Below are positions 12,291 through 25,475 of a stretch of DNA of 64,000 nt, piece after piece. A program made the position numbers and the translations under genes. A model generated the notes under the pieces. The model had not been told where the DNA came from, searched no databases, and saw only the letters and a program-made list of their open reading frames with translations. The number at the start of each line of letters is the position of its first letter. Position 1 is the stretch's first letter. The DNA is from Sphaerodactylus townsendi (lineage: Eukaryota): assembly GCF_021028975.2 (NCBI RefSeq), contig NC_059428.1, positions 102,300,001 to 102,364,000 on the forward strand, written 5' to 3'.

Positions 12291-14777
12291 TTTTATATAC
12301 AGGTTAATGTTTAGACCTGTAAAATATTGAACACTGGAACAGGTCGGGAAGAATTAGGAAGAGATTACTACAAAAGAGCCATCAGCCTTAATCACTCAAC
12401 CACATACAGTAGAGAACTCAAGTGAAACACTCACTCACTGTTCCCGATTCAAGCCATACTCATTCTCCATGCTTATTTATTTTATTATAGCTATTTTAGA
12501 AAAGAGGCTCCGTGAGTTTCCCAGCATGTTTTTCAATACAATATTATGCCTGTGTTTTTATGGCAAAGTGAACTGAACTTCAGATTCTAAAAGTCACTGT
12601 CTCAGAATTTGATTAACAGCTGCCAGATTTTTCACTCATTTCTACTCCAACAGCAAAGCATGTGGTACTTTTGAAGTCACACTAACAGGTCAATCAGTCT
12701 TTCTCCCCCCTCTGGCCAGTTAACTGTAATATACTTGAGCTAGCTGAGACTGAGAAAATACCAGCACTCTTATTCTCAGGTTGGATGCATTTCTAACACA
12801 ATTCATACTAAGCAAGCTGCTACTGTATGTAAACATGTGCATTCAACCAGGGCAACACTGGGCACACATACAGAATAGGCACAAAAAGGGTTGAAAGCTA
12901 CTAATATTTCCTCAAGTTTTTACTGACATTAGGTTTCTATTATTTCTTGTGCTCAAGAACAATTAACTTGCATACAAAATGATGTCACAGGCTCATTCAG
13001 AGATGACCGAAGAACATATTCTAAGTGGAAAGATCCTCTCTCTTAGCTCTAAACACAAGTCCTCCTAGACCTTCAGAATACTGTTGAACTTTCTTTTTTT
13101 TTTTTACAAAAACACAAAATGCTAAAGAAACTGAGGGCAAATCACCAACCTGAAATGTCATGATTCTTCATCTTTTTATTCTTCTGTAACAGTGATGCAT
13201 CTCAAGCAGAACTCAAGACTGGCAACGCGAACTGAATCAGCAGTATTTGGTTCTTCCCTCCTCCCCTCCCCCCAATTTTCACAAAAAAGAAACTCTCAGT
13301 TTCACACTGGACTGTAGTTTCACTATTTACAGCAGACAGCCTCTAGTGCTTCATTCATGTCCTACTGAAAATAAGCTTTCTATGGAAAGCTTAAACCAAT
13401 GAAATAGAAGATACCACAGTCTGAATCTTTACTGCTAATTAATTTAGTAGAAAGTGTGGTGAAAGCCTTTAAAAGCAATTATTTCCCTTCTCCCATTCAA
13501 ATAGGTTTTCTCACATGCCAACAAAATGCTTCAGACTGAGAATTATAAACAGCAAGATCAGTTATCCCAAGACAAAGAAAATAGTTTCTACTGCAACAAC
13601 CAGTACATACAAAAAGGAAGCCGTCATTCTGTTTGCTGTGATCCCTCACTAAATACTTTTTACAAACGCCGTATCAAACTCAGACAAACATCTACGTGGC
13701 ACTGTGTGATAATCTGAAAAAAACAGACACACTTTGGTGCAAAAATACAGATGCAAACTACAAAAGAAGTACAAGATTGTAAGATCTATTTTTCCCACTA
13801 ATACTCTAATGGAATAGCGCCAACTGTAACAATTCTAGATCAAATATGTCATTTGAACACAGCAAAGTCAGAGAAGGAGGAACATGGAAAGAAAACAAAT
13901 ACTTAGACACACCTGTGCTTTTCTTCAGAAGGTACCACAGTTCTGCAATATCATTGTAAAGCAAAGAGATCAGACTTAAGGTCATATTGCCACAGATCAA
14001 TTTAGTGACAAGTAGTCCTGTAGATCACTCCCTATTTTATCTCCGATTCTGCCTTTGGTACACAAAAAATGCCTAAAACTTCACCTTTCGCAGTTAAAGC
14101 CAAGCTAGACGTGACACAATACCTTTCTTCAAGTTACATGTGAAGCAAGTGTGTCTTTCAACAGGATCAGAGCTCCACCAAAGGGTTAGGAATTTACAAG
14201 CACCTTCTCAGTTTCTCTTCTATTGTATAAGGAGCAGACACACATTAAAACTGTACTTATTTACTCAGTGTGAACATGATGACTGAGTAAATTCTGCCAA
14301 GAACAAGAAGCTATTTTAAATAAACTAATTCAAAATCTCTCCTGCTGTGGTATGTCAGCGACCTCCCTTAAAGAGCCCCAGTTTGGTAACCTATCAAGTA
14401 AGCCATCTCTTTTTAGTCTGAAAGGAACAATACTGATCAGCTGACATTTACCTCTGTGAAGGAGCCTTCTAATAAGACAGTTCCTTAAACTGGAATAGGA
14501 AGTTTCACAATGGTTAGCTTTAAATTCCTGATGTAACTTATGATATTGAAAGGCCCTAATTTAAAAAAGCATATCTTTAACTAAACTGAATTATTAGTGT
14601 GCATTAATATCATGCTCCACAGAATGTTTATTCAATTAGAATAACAACAGTATAACCCATGAAAGGCAGGTAACTTGAATTCTAACATCTAAGAAGTCTC
14701 TTGGGGCCTTCCCACATGTTGTTGTTTCATCCTTCTCCTCTTCTTCTTTAATAAATGCATATTTCTTCTCTGTTAAA

Positions 14778-15243
14778 GACATGAAGCTGCCTTAAATTGA
14801 ATTACAGCATTGGTTCACCAAGTCCAGAAGAAGAGGAGTTTGGATTTATATCCACCCTTTCTCTCTTGTAGGAGACTCAAAGGGGCTTACAATCTCCTTG
14901 CCCTTCTCCCCTCACAACAAACACCCTGTGAGGTAGGTGGGGCTGAGAGAGCTCCAGAAAGCTGTGACTAGCCCAAGGTCATCCAGCTGGCGGGTGTGGG
15001 AGTGCACAGGCTAATCTGAATTCCCCAGCTCAGACGGCAGAGTGGGGAATCAAACCCGGTTCCTCCAGATTAGAATGCACCTGCTCTTAACCACTACGCC
15101 ACTGCTGCTCCTACTATCTACTCAAACAAGCAACAGCTCTCCAGGGTTTCTTCCACATCACCTGGTACCTGGTCTCTAAGTGGAGATACTAAGGAGTGAC
15201 CCAGAAACCTTCTCCAGTCAGCCACTGAGCTACAGCCTTTCCC
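14778..15243 (-). mobile_element. Squam2-like tRNA SINE split by a Squam3-like SINE
   Basis: catgaagctgcctta...ttggttcaccaagtc, then ctatctactca...ccactgagctacagcc after the insert; homologous to 25800-25997. Confidence 0.7.
14826..15112 (-). mobile_element. Squam3-like SINE, full length, nested
   Basis: High similarity to 8723-9030 including head and (TTC)n tail. Confidence 0.9.
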
Positions 15244-17129
15244 ATGTCATCTCTTAAGGTAGCAGAGATATTACATTTTTGAGTGTCTGATTCTAATATT
15301 AAGAACGTGGGAAAATAGTGCTTTTGAAGTGTTTTGGTTGCAATTTTTATTGTTGTTGAGCATCTGCTGTGTAGTTTTCTTAGAACAGGTTCTCTCATTC
15401 TTTGGTGTAGATTGCTCAGCTCCTGTGCAGGAATGTCCATCCAGAGAGTCTGTTTATTTAAATCAACAAATACTAGCAAGATCCATCTATTACGTGCGGA
15501 TGGAATGTTGCACCACTATCAGAGTGACTTGCAGCTATTATGACATTATGGGAAAACTGTACTTGCTACATGTTTTCAGTAACTGTGTAGAAAAGACACA
15601 AGGTTGGATCCAGTTCTCCTCCTTACTATTCCCTGTCCCATACGGCTTTGGTCAATTCAGGTACCAATGATTCCTAGTATAGCTATGCTGGGTAGTAAAG
15701 GAGTTCCCTTCTCCCTTTTTCACCAGGGGAAAAGCTGACTATATTAATTCCTCCCCACCCACCCAGCTCCACTGCAAGTCCATAAAACTCAGTAACCTGT
15801 TCAGATGCCGGGAATTACAAAAGTTGATATGAAACAGGATATGTCTTTTTCCTCCCATGCATCTCAATGTCATGTACAACACGTCCGTTAAGAAAAGAAA
15901 AAACTTTCACCCACTCATATTAAGTGAACCCTTGCTTAGCCCTTTTAGGTAATTGTTGTACTACAGATTAGCAGTTAATTAGGGACCTCAAGATTACCTG
16001 TTAGCAATCTCAGCAAGAGAGATAAGCAAGGTAAGATAGTAAGTGCAAGTGACAGAAGCAACTGTTTTAAAAAACAACAAAGAAAAAACAGAGTGTCTCT
16101 TTTCTTCTCTGGGAAGAAACATTCCCCTTCCTCAAAGTTACAGAAAGGTCAAGAATGAAAGCATGGTCAATAAGTCATGGTGTAACAATTACATCTATTC
16201 ACATAAAGCCATATATAACTCAGGACAAAAAAAATCCTTCTTCCCTGAACCTTTACATGTGGGAAAGTAATCTCTTACACATACAGTTCTCCAGGTTTAC
16301 CAGTGGATTTTGGGCATGCAGTTGCAATTAGGATACAAATGAATTACTCTAACTGAAGTGATTTAACAAAATACTTATTTTTACCTGTATTCTATAACTT
16401 AGATGTACTTTAAATGTTAAACAGACTTAGGCTATTCATTACAAAATAAGTAAAATGTGGACGAGGCACCCACTTTGAAACTGATAATATTACAAAAGCA
16501 CAAAAGAAATCTTGCTACTTTACCTTTCCCCATGTGGAAATAATGATCTGTGAGACATAAAAATTGACTTTAAGAAATCTCTAGGTGGATTCATATATGT
16601 ATCGCTTGATGACAACATTAAATGGCAATCAGGAGGGGAGAACAGGCAATCACAGATGTTACCAGAGCCTGAGCTTTTGTGTCATATGACCTCAGAAATC
16701 CCCAAGCTTTCAGTAGATACTCTTTACACACTCCAACTGCTAATAGACAAACATAGAACAATCATGCGAACCAGTCTTAATACTTTCTAATATATGTTTA
16801 TATTTTAAAATTTGTTGCTCTTAAAAGCTACACACAACTCCACCTATGTTACTACCTTAGACTAAAGACAAATGTTAAGAAGGGCATTCACAGTGGGTTC
16901 CTAAATAGCAGCCAAGCACAACCTTGTGGCTGGACAGATGCTTGCACACGGTCTCTGTAAACCTGACTGGTTCAATCTTCTGCCAACAAGCGCTGTGCTC
17001 ATGGATCTCACCAAAAGAATTAATGTCTACATGGATTTCCCCAACTATTCTTGAGTCTAGCCCTTTATAGTAGGCTTTTTGTCTTTACTAAGAGGACCAC
17101 TCTATCCTATGGAAAGCTACCCTATGGAA

Positions 17130-17401
17130 AGAAGAAGAGTTTGTATACCCTACCTTTCCTTACAGGAGAGAAAGGTGGGGTATAAATTCAAACTCTTCTT
17201 CTTTCCATAGGAGGTTTACAAACTCCTTCCCTTCCTCTCCCTCACAACAGACACCTCGTGAGATAGATGGGGCTGAAAACAATCCAAAGAACAAATCCCG
17301 TTCACCAGATAAGCCTGATGCTCATTTGGAGGAGTGGGGAACAAAACCCAGTTCTCCAGTCTAGAGTCACCTGCTCAACCACTACACCACACTGGCTCTC
17401 C
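17130..17401 (-). mobile_element. Squam3-like SINE with fold-back inverted tail
   Basis: SINE body and head 17212-17401; tail duplicated in inverted orientation 17121-17211. Confidence 0.85.
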
Positions 17402-18119
17402 AGGGGTAGTAGAACTGTTTCACTAAGGTTTGTATCATCATAGAATTACACATGCCACCTATGTGACTGGTAGTCTGTTCCCTAGTACTAATTTTTCTAG
17501 GTTTTAAAGCAGCTGCTACTGCTCCCATAGCTCAAGATGATGGGCATTTGTCCTTGGCAAGAATGGGTAACGAAAACCTCCAAACTAGTGAATGCCTTCC
17601 ATTACTTTCATCAAAGACCCTAAGAAGGATCCTCAGGGCAAGCTTCCTCACTTTAAACTGCCAAACTACTTGTTTCACTATTTAGGAAATGCGAACAATA
17701 TAAAGGACTATCTGTATGACAAGAGCACAACCTGCTTCTCAGGTTAACAAAACCCAGGCAGTTTAAGAGAAGGTAAACCTGAAAAGTTCCCTCCCCTAGC
17801 TCTTTGAACCAGTACTGAAATGAGTAAAAGATTATTCTAGCCTTGGTGTGGTTCCGTCCTCCTCCGCTCAAGATATGATGATCTTTTGTCAACGTACCTT
17901 ATCCGCTACCAAACTATGACATATATTTGCAAAGCAAGTTGTCATTCACTGAACTGCTTCTTGTAGTTTTTGCTCAGTCATGTAAGCTGAGAATTTCAGG
18001 GATTTGAAATTGGCTCAAACACCCATAAGATTCTTGAATATAAATCTGTCCACAGAATAAAACATGACAAATATCCACATAGAGGAGTGCGGGTGGCGAC
18101 GGCGTCTCTGTAAGTAGAA

Positions 18120-18465
18120 CCTCCCCCTCCCTTGCATGCCACCCTCCCTCCCTCCCTCCCCTTCCCTTGCATGCCACCCTCGCCCCTCCACTTCTCTTGC
18201 ATGTCACCCAATCCCCTCCCTCCCCTCCCCCTCCATCTACTAGGGTGGGTGGGCCATGTCCAGATGCTGGGCCTCCTCCCCCTACCTTGCATGCCACCCC
18301 TCCCTCTCCTCCCTCGTCCTCTCCCCCTCCGCTAGGGTTTTCAGGCCATGTCCAGATGCTGGGTCCCCTCCCCCTCCCTTGCATGCCACCCCGCACCCTC
18401 CTTCCACTAGGGTGAGTGGGCCATGTCCAGATGCCAGGCCCCCTCCTCCTTCCTCCCCTCCTTTT
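18120..18465. repeat. C-rich minisatellite (75-92 bp units) in an unclassified element
   Basis: CTAGGGT...GGCCATGTCCAGATGC at about 18240, 18332 and 18407; CTTGCATGCCACCC subunit about 5 times. Confidence 0.8.
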
Positions 18466-18744
18466 TTTGCACATTTCTCTAGATTGCTACAGCTCCTTTA
18501 CAGCCCTCAAAAAAAATTAGTCTCATGGTCAAGGCACCAGCACGGAGAAACAGTTGTACAGATTGGGTGGAGAGGAGAAATGGATTGAAGGAGGACAAAG
18601 AGCTGAGATTGTTTCTCCTATCTTTTCAAGAATGCTTCTTCATTCTGAGTCCAGCTTCCTGATTCTTGGGGCTGTTCCTGTGCACAGATCCCACAAACCC
18701 CATCCCACAACCCCAACTATGACCTTTCCAGGCGGTAAGAAAGA

Positions 18745-19018
18745 AGGAGCAGCAGTGGCACATTGGTTAAGAGCAGGTGCATTCTAATCTGGAGGAACCG
18801 GGTTTGATTCCCCACTCTGCCCCTTGAGCTGTGGAGGCTTATCTGGGGAAAGACACCAGTTGGGTGACCTTGGGCTAGTCACAGCTTTTTGGAGTTCTCT
18901 CAGCCCCACCTCACAGGGTGTTTGTTGTGAGGGGGAGGGGAAGCAGTTTGTAAGCCCCTTTGAGTCTTCTATATGAGAGAAAGGGGGGATATAAATCCAA
19001 ACTCTTCATCTTCTTCTT
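18745..19018 (+). mobile_element. Squam3-like SINE
   Basis: aggagcagcagtggc...ggtttgattcccc head, (CTT)n tail. Confidence 0.9.
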
Positions 19019-22000
19019 ACAAAATGTGGAACAACATGAGAAAGTTTCCTGTGCTTTCTGCACAGATGACAGGATACTGCCCAAAATCTTGCAATCTGTC
19101 CTATAAGTACAACATGCGATTTTAAGGTATGACCATTCAATCCTCTGAGTTGGAATCTATGCAAACACTTAAGGAAGACATTCATGGATACAAGTCATCC
19201 CAAATCCACCACCAGCCCCTTCTGACCATTCAAAATCCTGGGCTAGCAGCTGGACGGCCAAAAAGATGAAAAACCCAGACAGTTGGGTGAGAAAAGGGAA
19301 GCAAGTCAAACTGTCTCTTCTGCTTCTTATTATCAATGGAATCTCTCAAGCCAGCTGCAGAGCTGCTGGGCAGAAGAGCAAGAAGGGGAGATTTTACCAA
19401 ACTTCCCCTTCTCACCACTGCCCACTGTTCTGTGTGGCTTCTCCTTCATGCACATCCCTCATCTGTTTTTTGCATGTCACAAAAGGGGCCGCAGTTGGAC
19501 AACCAAAGGGAAAGATCAGCTTCTGCCAGCACTGTGCACTCGAAGGATGGATTTGTAAACCTGACATTGTTACTAGGGGACACAATTAATCTTGACTAAC
19601 ATTCAAAATAACAAGGATTTTCAAATTATTTTCTGGAACATGAGATTGGAAATGACTGGTCCATAAAAGCCTGACATGCATTAAAGACAAACATGACCAC
19701 CAGGATTAAGAGGTAGCTTTCATGACAAGGATCAGATCTTCTATGGCACTCCTTTCTTAAGTATTTGGAAAGGACAGGGAAGGCTGATTAATATTGTACA
19801 GACTTGTGTACCCAATTCCCGTGGCTGTGAGATACAGCATAGTTCATCACGAACCTACTGCAGGATGTGCAACATGTATCAGCATCTCCCCTTCTCCACA
19901 AATAACTCTGCAAAAGAAGTATGGAAGGCCCAGTCTGCATTGTGCAACTCTTTGCATTTCAGACACTCATGTTTCTATGCTCAGGTGTCCATAACTGTGC
20001 AATCTATAATTAGAAAAACACAAGAGACTCTGGTGAAAGTATCTCTGTCACTATGTCTCTGTTGCTATTTAATACACCTGCTTCCCGCTAATCACGTGGC
20101 ATTTATAGAGAGCCTGAGCAGGTTCCTTACCTGCCTATTCAGCAGGTATGCAAAATCTCACAACACACAAAAGTACTACAATCACTTGAAGAATGGAACA
20201 TTCTGGTTACATGTTTCTCAAGTTTATCCTTAAGCTTGTTCTTCTATGAGACACTGTTTTCCCTCTGGAGCAAAAGACAGATAATGGTGCACCATGGAAC
20301 ACTAGGCAGTTTCTGGTAAATTCTTTAGTGGCCACTGGTTTTGAAATTGTGATCAGATTGAACAAAGCACTTCTCTTGGTTCTGAGGGAGAAGATTCTGA
20401 TAAGGACATGTGAAAAAAGCAGCAAGAGAAAAATAGGTCCATCTTTGCTCTTCATTATGGATTATTAGGAGATACAGAAAGATTCAGTGCACAAAATATT
20501 CCGACTTATTTCCTAAAGAAAGAAGAATAAATGCCAACATAGATCAACATTCTTCCAAAGAGGAAGAAAAACATTCAGCCAAATTATGAGTTAAAAGCTT
20601 TGCCCCTAAATGATTTTTCTTCTGATCCATACTACATAACACAGCTACATCACTGAAAACAAATAAGTTATTTAAAACACATTTGATAAATATTTGATAT
20701 GTCATGCTATTACTTTCTTAACAATTAAATCCTCTATGGAAGGTAACTAAGAGCATGTTACAAAACAAAAGTTTACAAGTTTGAGTAGTTTTGTTGTCAT
20801 AACTACAGGGAAATATAGCTGCCACTATGGTGTTCATGTTTGCCTTCTGAGCCAAAAAACTTACCTCCAAAAAACATACTTCTTCTATAAAACGTATCTT
20901 CTGTTTACAACACTGACCATTTTCTTTCCTTCTCAGTTTCCTATGGAGCGCCCTGTCTAGTCCTTACATGAATATAAGTAGATCTGACTCATCTCTTTCT
21001 ACATTAAGAACTATTGTTTGTATAGTTTCTTTATGTACTTTTATTGTGGGTATGGTTGGTATTATTTGCATAACACACATATGAAACCCAATAAGGAACA
21101 GGAAATAATCTAGTCCAGAAATACCATTTGCCCTTTCCAGCACAGTCCTATATTACATATTCCAGGGTTCAGTCATTCTACATCCATTTTACAGAGTTTC
21201 CATAGTCCCCAAAGAGGCTGCCTGACCCCACACCACAGTGCAGTGGATACAAACCAAGTCTTCAACTCTGGGGGAAAGTATCCAGTTTTGAAAGGAAGGG
21301 GGGACCCGGTAAGGTGGGGGAAACCTGTATATCTATTGTCCTAACTTCTTTCAGTATCTGAAAAAAATTATTAGAAAAACTTCCAAATACCAAAGGTGCA
21401 CAAGTCAAAATGGCAACACTTAGAAATAGAAAGATTCATAAACCAAATATAACAAATAACAATTTCAATACAGATCTTCTGTACTATTTTCAATACAGCA
21501 ATTCTGTAAAACAGAAGGACACACAAAGATTTCCATGTGGCAATTCTGTAAAACAATTTACAAAATTGGAGAAAAGAACATAACAAAGGACAGGATGCCG
21601 GCTAAGTTCCTGTTTTGATTCTCTGTTGAAGCCATTTTTCCATTTCGTAATTAGACAAAGGTTTAGAATCCAGTTTTTCAATAACAAAGATTTAAAATCA
21701 GACGAAGGTGAAAAAAAATCCTTATTTTGCTGACCTGAGAGGTTTAATAAACAATTCCTTCCTGGGTATGTCATTAGCATGAGCCAAAGCTAATTCAACA
21801 ACTCTACAAGGAGATCCTCATAAAAAAATGTTCTTCCTAATGTCTCAGATTCAGTTATATAGATAGAAGTGCAAGATGTATTATGTTTAATTCTTTAAGA
21901 AGAACTAAAGGGGAGGTTATTATGTAAAAATAGTTTGTACAGTCTAGAAAGGTATCCCTATCAGTAGATTTTCTAAAGGGATCCATCATATACATATACA

Positions 22001-24281
22001 CAAGTGTCTGAAAAGGAAATTTGTCTACAGTCAGAAGCACGAGGAAATTAAGTGCCATCGGTGCTTTGGAATAATATATCACTGATAAAAACACTATACT
22101 TTACTACCCACTATAACTGAAGAACAAAAAGCAAGAGCACCAGGTTACCCACTTTTCAATATTTCCTATAAAATGAAAACCAGTTCTTAGCTAAACCTGA
22201 AACCACTAGCTCTTGGCTTTTATTTTGGGGGTACTACCTTCTTATGGTCAATTTTCTGTATTAAGACATTTCATTACAGCATGGACTTTTCATTAGCAAG
22301 TGCTTTGTAGATTTATGCATAGCTTCCTATTCATCATAGTGCTCAAGTCATTCTTAACAAATTTTAATTCAATATTTGTGCATTTGGTTTGTCTTATGGC
22401 GTTTGCCTACAACTAGCAAGATTCAACAGTATTAAAATCAAAGGATGAAGGCTCTGACTGTCCCTCTACCCAAGTAGTTCTGAAATCTGTGAATAAAGTC
22501 AGTTACTGAACAGAGAAGAAAAGGGATTTCAACTTTCACAAGAGACTCTTTTTGTTTGTAGCTAAAGCAAACTATTCTTTCTTCTAAAACTCAAACTACA
22601 CATGATACATACTCTTCAGACATATTACTGGGCTAAAAAAAGAAATTACAAAGGTCCTGACCTAGAATAGGATAATGGTGCTGGGGAAACAAAACTTTGT
22701 ATTTTATCCTGCTCTTTTTTCTCCTGATGGGAGGTTGACTCCCTGGCTGATTTAAGAGCGGGTGGGGGGGGGGGAGGTGGGGGACCATAGAAACCATAGT
22801 TACTTGTATTTAATGTACTGAGACTTAACACAGCCTAGATGGGAGGAAATCTCCCTGGGGAACTGCCAACATTATTCTCCAGCACAGCCACCCAGATCCA
22901 CAACCAGAGTTCAAATGGTAGGATTCCAGCATCACATACCATTCAGCCTTGAGACTATTTGAAAAACTGGTCATCTGCAGCCTCTGCTGTCCAGTGAAGA
23001 AAATGTTGTGACACTTTTGTCACTGATGCGGGTTTAAAGGCATGATGAGAATCATCTGACCATGTGACAGAACCTACAGATGACTGTCACATAAGAAAGC
23101 CCAAGCAATTGGTCTGAAAGCCAATTGAATCATTCAATTCCAGTGCAAGATCAGATACTTTTGTTTACCTTGAGCCATAGAAACTAGCCAGGAACTGCAA
23201 CAGGAAAAAAGAAAGTAACTTTCCATTTCTTCTGCTGAAATTGCAACACAGCTGATCTTCATTTCAAGTTTGGGAAGGAGTGAAATCTCCATCTTCCTCC
23301 TTTCTAATAAAGGAAAACTTACTTGGTCTGGCCCGACTGTACTTAAGCAATGAACTTTGTTCCTTTAAAATTAGGTATGCTTTACAAATGCTATTCCTAC
23401 CCATGATTCCATGGCACTACATTATTCTCTCTTCAGTTATAAAATTGTCAACAGCCACTCAGGATGTTTACATAAAATAGGTGCACCAAACAGCTGGCGT
23501 GTTATAAAACCACACACATTCAGGATTTGGGATAGGCAGCAGCTCTGAACGCAAGTACAGGATTCCAGTGTTTTCTTAGGTTACTACACTCAGGACTCAG
23601 GCTCTCAGCTGTCTGGCTTCAAACTTTAACAAGATCAGGTTCTCAATGGAGTGCACGTGTCCTAGAAGAACACATGCTCTCAGTGCCAGAAAGTAATTTA
23701 TCAAATTGAAAAAAGGGTTTTCAAAGTGAGAGACCGTTTTTCCCAAGAAGGCACACATACTTCCCAAGAGAAGGCTTTCATCTGTGAAATGTTGGAGGGC
23801 ATAAGGCTATCAAGTGTCCTCCCTGAGAGGCCCATTGATGTAACTCCTGGCCTTTAGGAAAGGTTGCAAGACATTTGTTCCCATCCATGAGAACAGTCTT
23901 CCGGAAGCCTCATTGTACACGACTGATGCCTACAGACAGAAAATCCTTTGAAATTCAAAAACAATTTGTTTTTTCCTCTCTTATACATATTTCTAAAATA
24001 TAAAATCTCATTTTCAAAACCTATAATATTATTTTTGTCTCCTCATAACTGCCCTGATAGTTGCTTTTCAACAATAAAGGATCAAGACAAGTTCAAAGGT
24101 AAAGATATTTATGTTCTGAGTCCGGCTTTGCTGGAAATGGGCAGGGTATAAATCTAATACAATATAAGTCTAATGAGTTTTCTAGACCTCTTTCAGCATC
24201 ATGGACCATAGTACCCTTTTTGACTGGCGGATAACATAAGTGTAGGAAGGCACTGTGTTCTGATCCTACAAGCGCTTCTGA

Positions 24282-24755
24282 CAGAGGTGGAGCAACCGGG
24301 AGGATGGGGGTCACATTGCACCGGGTGCACACCAGGGGGGGCAGAAAATTGCCCCCCCACTTCTACCTTAGATTTAGCTCTGAAAGTTGAGGGGCTGGAA
24401 GGCCGGCCTCAGTCTCACTCTGAGGGCTAAAAAAAAATGGTCTGGTGGGAACTACACTTCCCAGGAGACCTTGCGAGCCCCAAGGTCTCCGGGGAAGTGT
24501 ACTTCTCACCAGGCAGCTTTTAGCCTCAAGTAAACAGGCTGCTTTTCAAGCCTGCTATTCCTAAACTAAGGTAAGCCCCAGGATCTCCTGGGAAGCATAG
24601 TTCTCACCTGGCTGTTTTCAGCCTCAAGAAACAGGCTGCTTTTTCCAGCCTGTACTTTCAGGCTGAACTAAGGTAAGTGTGAGGGAGGGGGGCGCTGCAG
24701 GCAGTGGAAAATGCAGAGTTCGTACCGGGCGCAGTATGGCCCAGCTACACCTCTG
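24282..24755. mobile_element. hAT MITE (same family as 727-1112) with duplicated internal arm
   Basis: TIRs CAGAGGTGGAGC...GCTACACCTCTG; perfect 8-bp TSD GCTTCTGA (24274-24281, 24756-24763). Confidence 0.9.
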
Positions 24756-24829
24756 GCTTCTGATTCCAAAAGGTGATGCTTAGGAACTGTTGCTTGATGC
24801 CACACACTTTGTGCTGTGGTTCCATCTGG

Positions 24830-25048
24830 TCCCTCATGCTTCTAAAAACAACTACACAAAGTTACTGGCAAAAACTGCTGAATTTTTTTTAGAAATGCTC
24901 AAGTCAAAGACATAATGGAAGCTTGATCACCTCTTCTGTACCAACCTTACGTGCTTTGTCCAGTTTTATGTCATGTTTTAACACCAACTCTGTCCTGTAT
25001 TTTGTTTTATTTTTACTGATATGCTTAATAAAGGTCAGTTGAAGTTGC
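24830..25048 (+). mobile_element. 3' end of an unclassified LINE (L2/CR1-group-like), copy 1
   Basis: ORF end KTAEFFLEMLKSKT*, T-rich UTR, AATAAA, GAAGTT tail; closely matches 46180-46364. Confidence 0.7.
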
Positions 25049-25475
25049 ATGGCAACTGTGAAAAAGGCAAACAAAGTTGCTGGGACAGCTCACCCAGCAG
25101 CCCAGTTAAGTGCCATCGGTACTCAGAAGACAGTTTCCAACAGAATCAGGAGACAGAAGATGTCTGACACAGACTGTTGGAAGTGATAACTGGGTGGATG
25201 GTGGAAAAAGGGCTCTGGTTAATCACAGTGGAAATAAAACAGTTGGCATTCAACCCATCATGGATGGAGCTACATTCCTACCCTCAAAAAAAGCTCAGGG
25301 GCACTAATAGATTTCATTTCTAGCAGGTAATACCTAGCAATCCTTCTCTGAAAAGATGTTCTGACTGAATTTGTTGCAGAGAGGTTTGCCCCCTCCTCAA
25401 TATTTGCATACCCCTAAGGACCAATTTACTTAGCTGCCAGAGATCTGGATAAAATAACCCAGTTTACCATCAAGA

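Noticed and set aside
17974-18588. Gly- and Pro-rich ORFs
   Set aside because: Products of the C-rich minisatellite
8723-19018. tRNA genes suggested by A/B boxes
   Set aside because: All are heads of multi-copy SINEs without a complete cloverleaf
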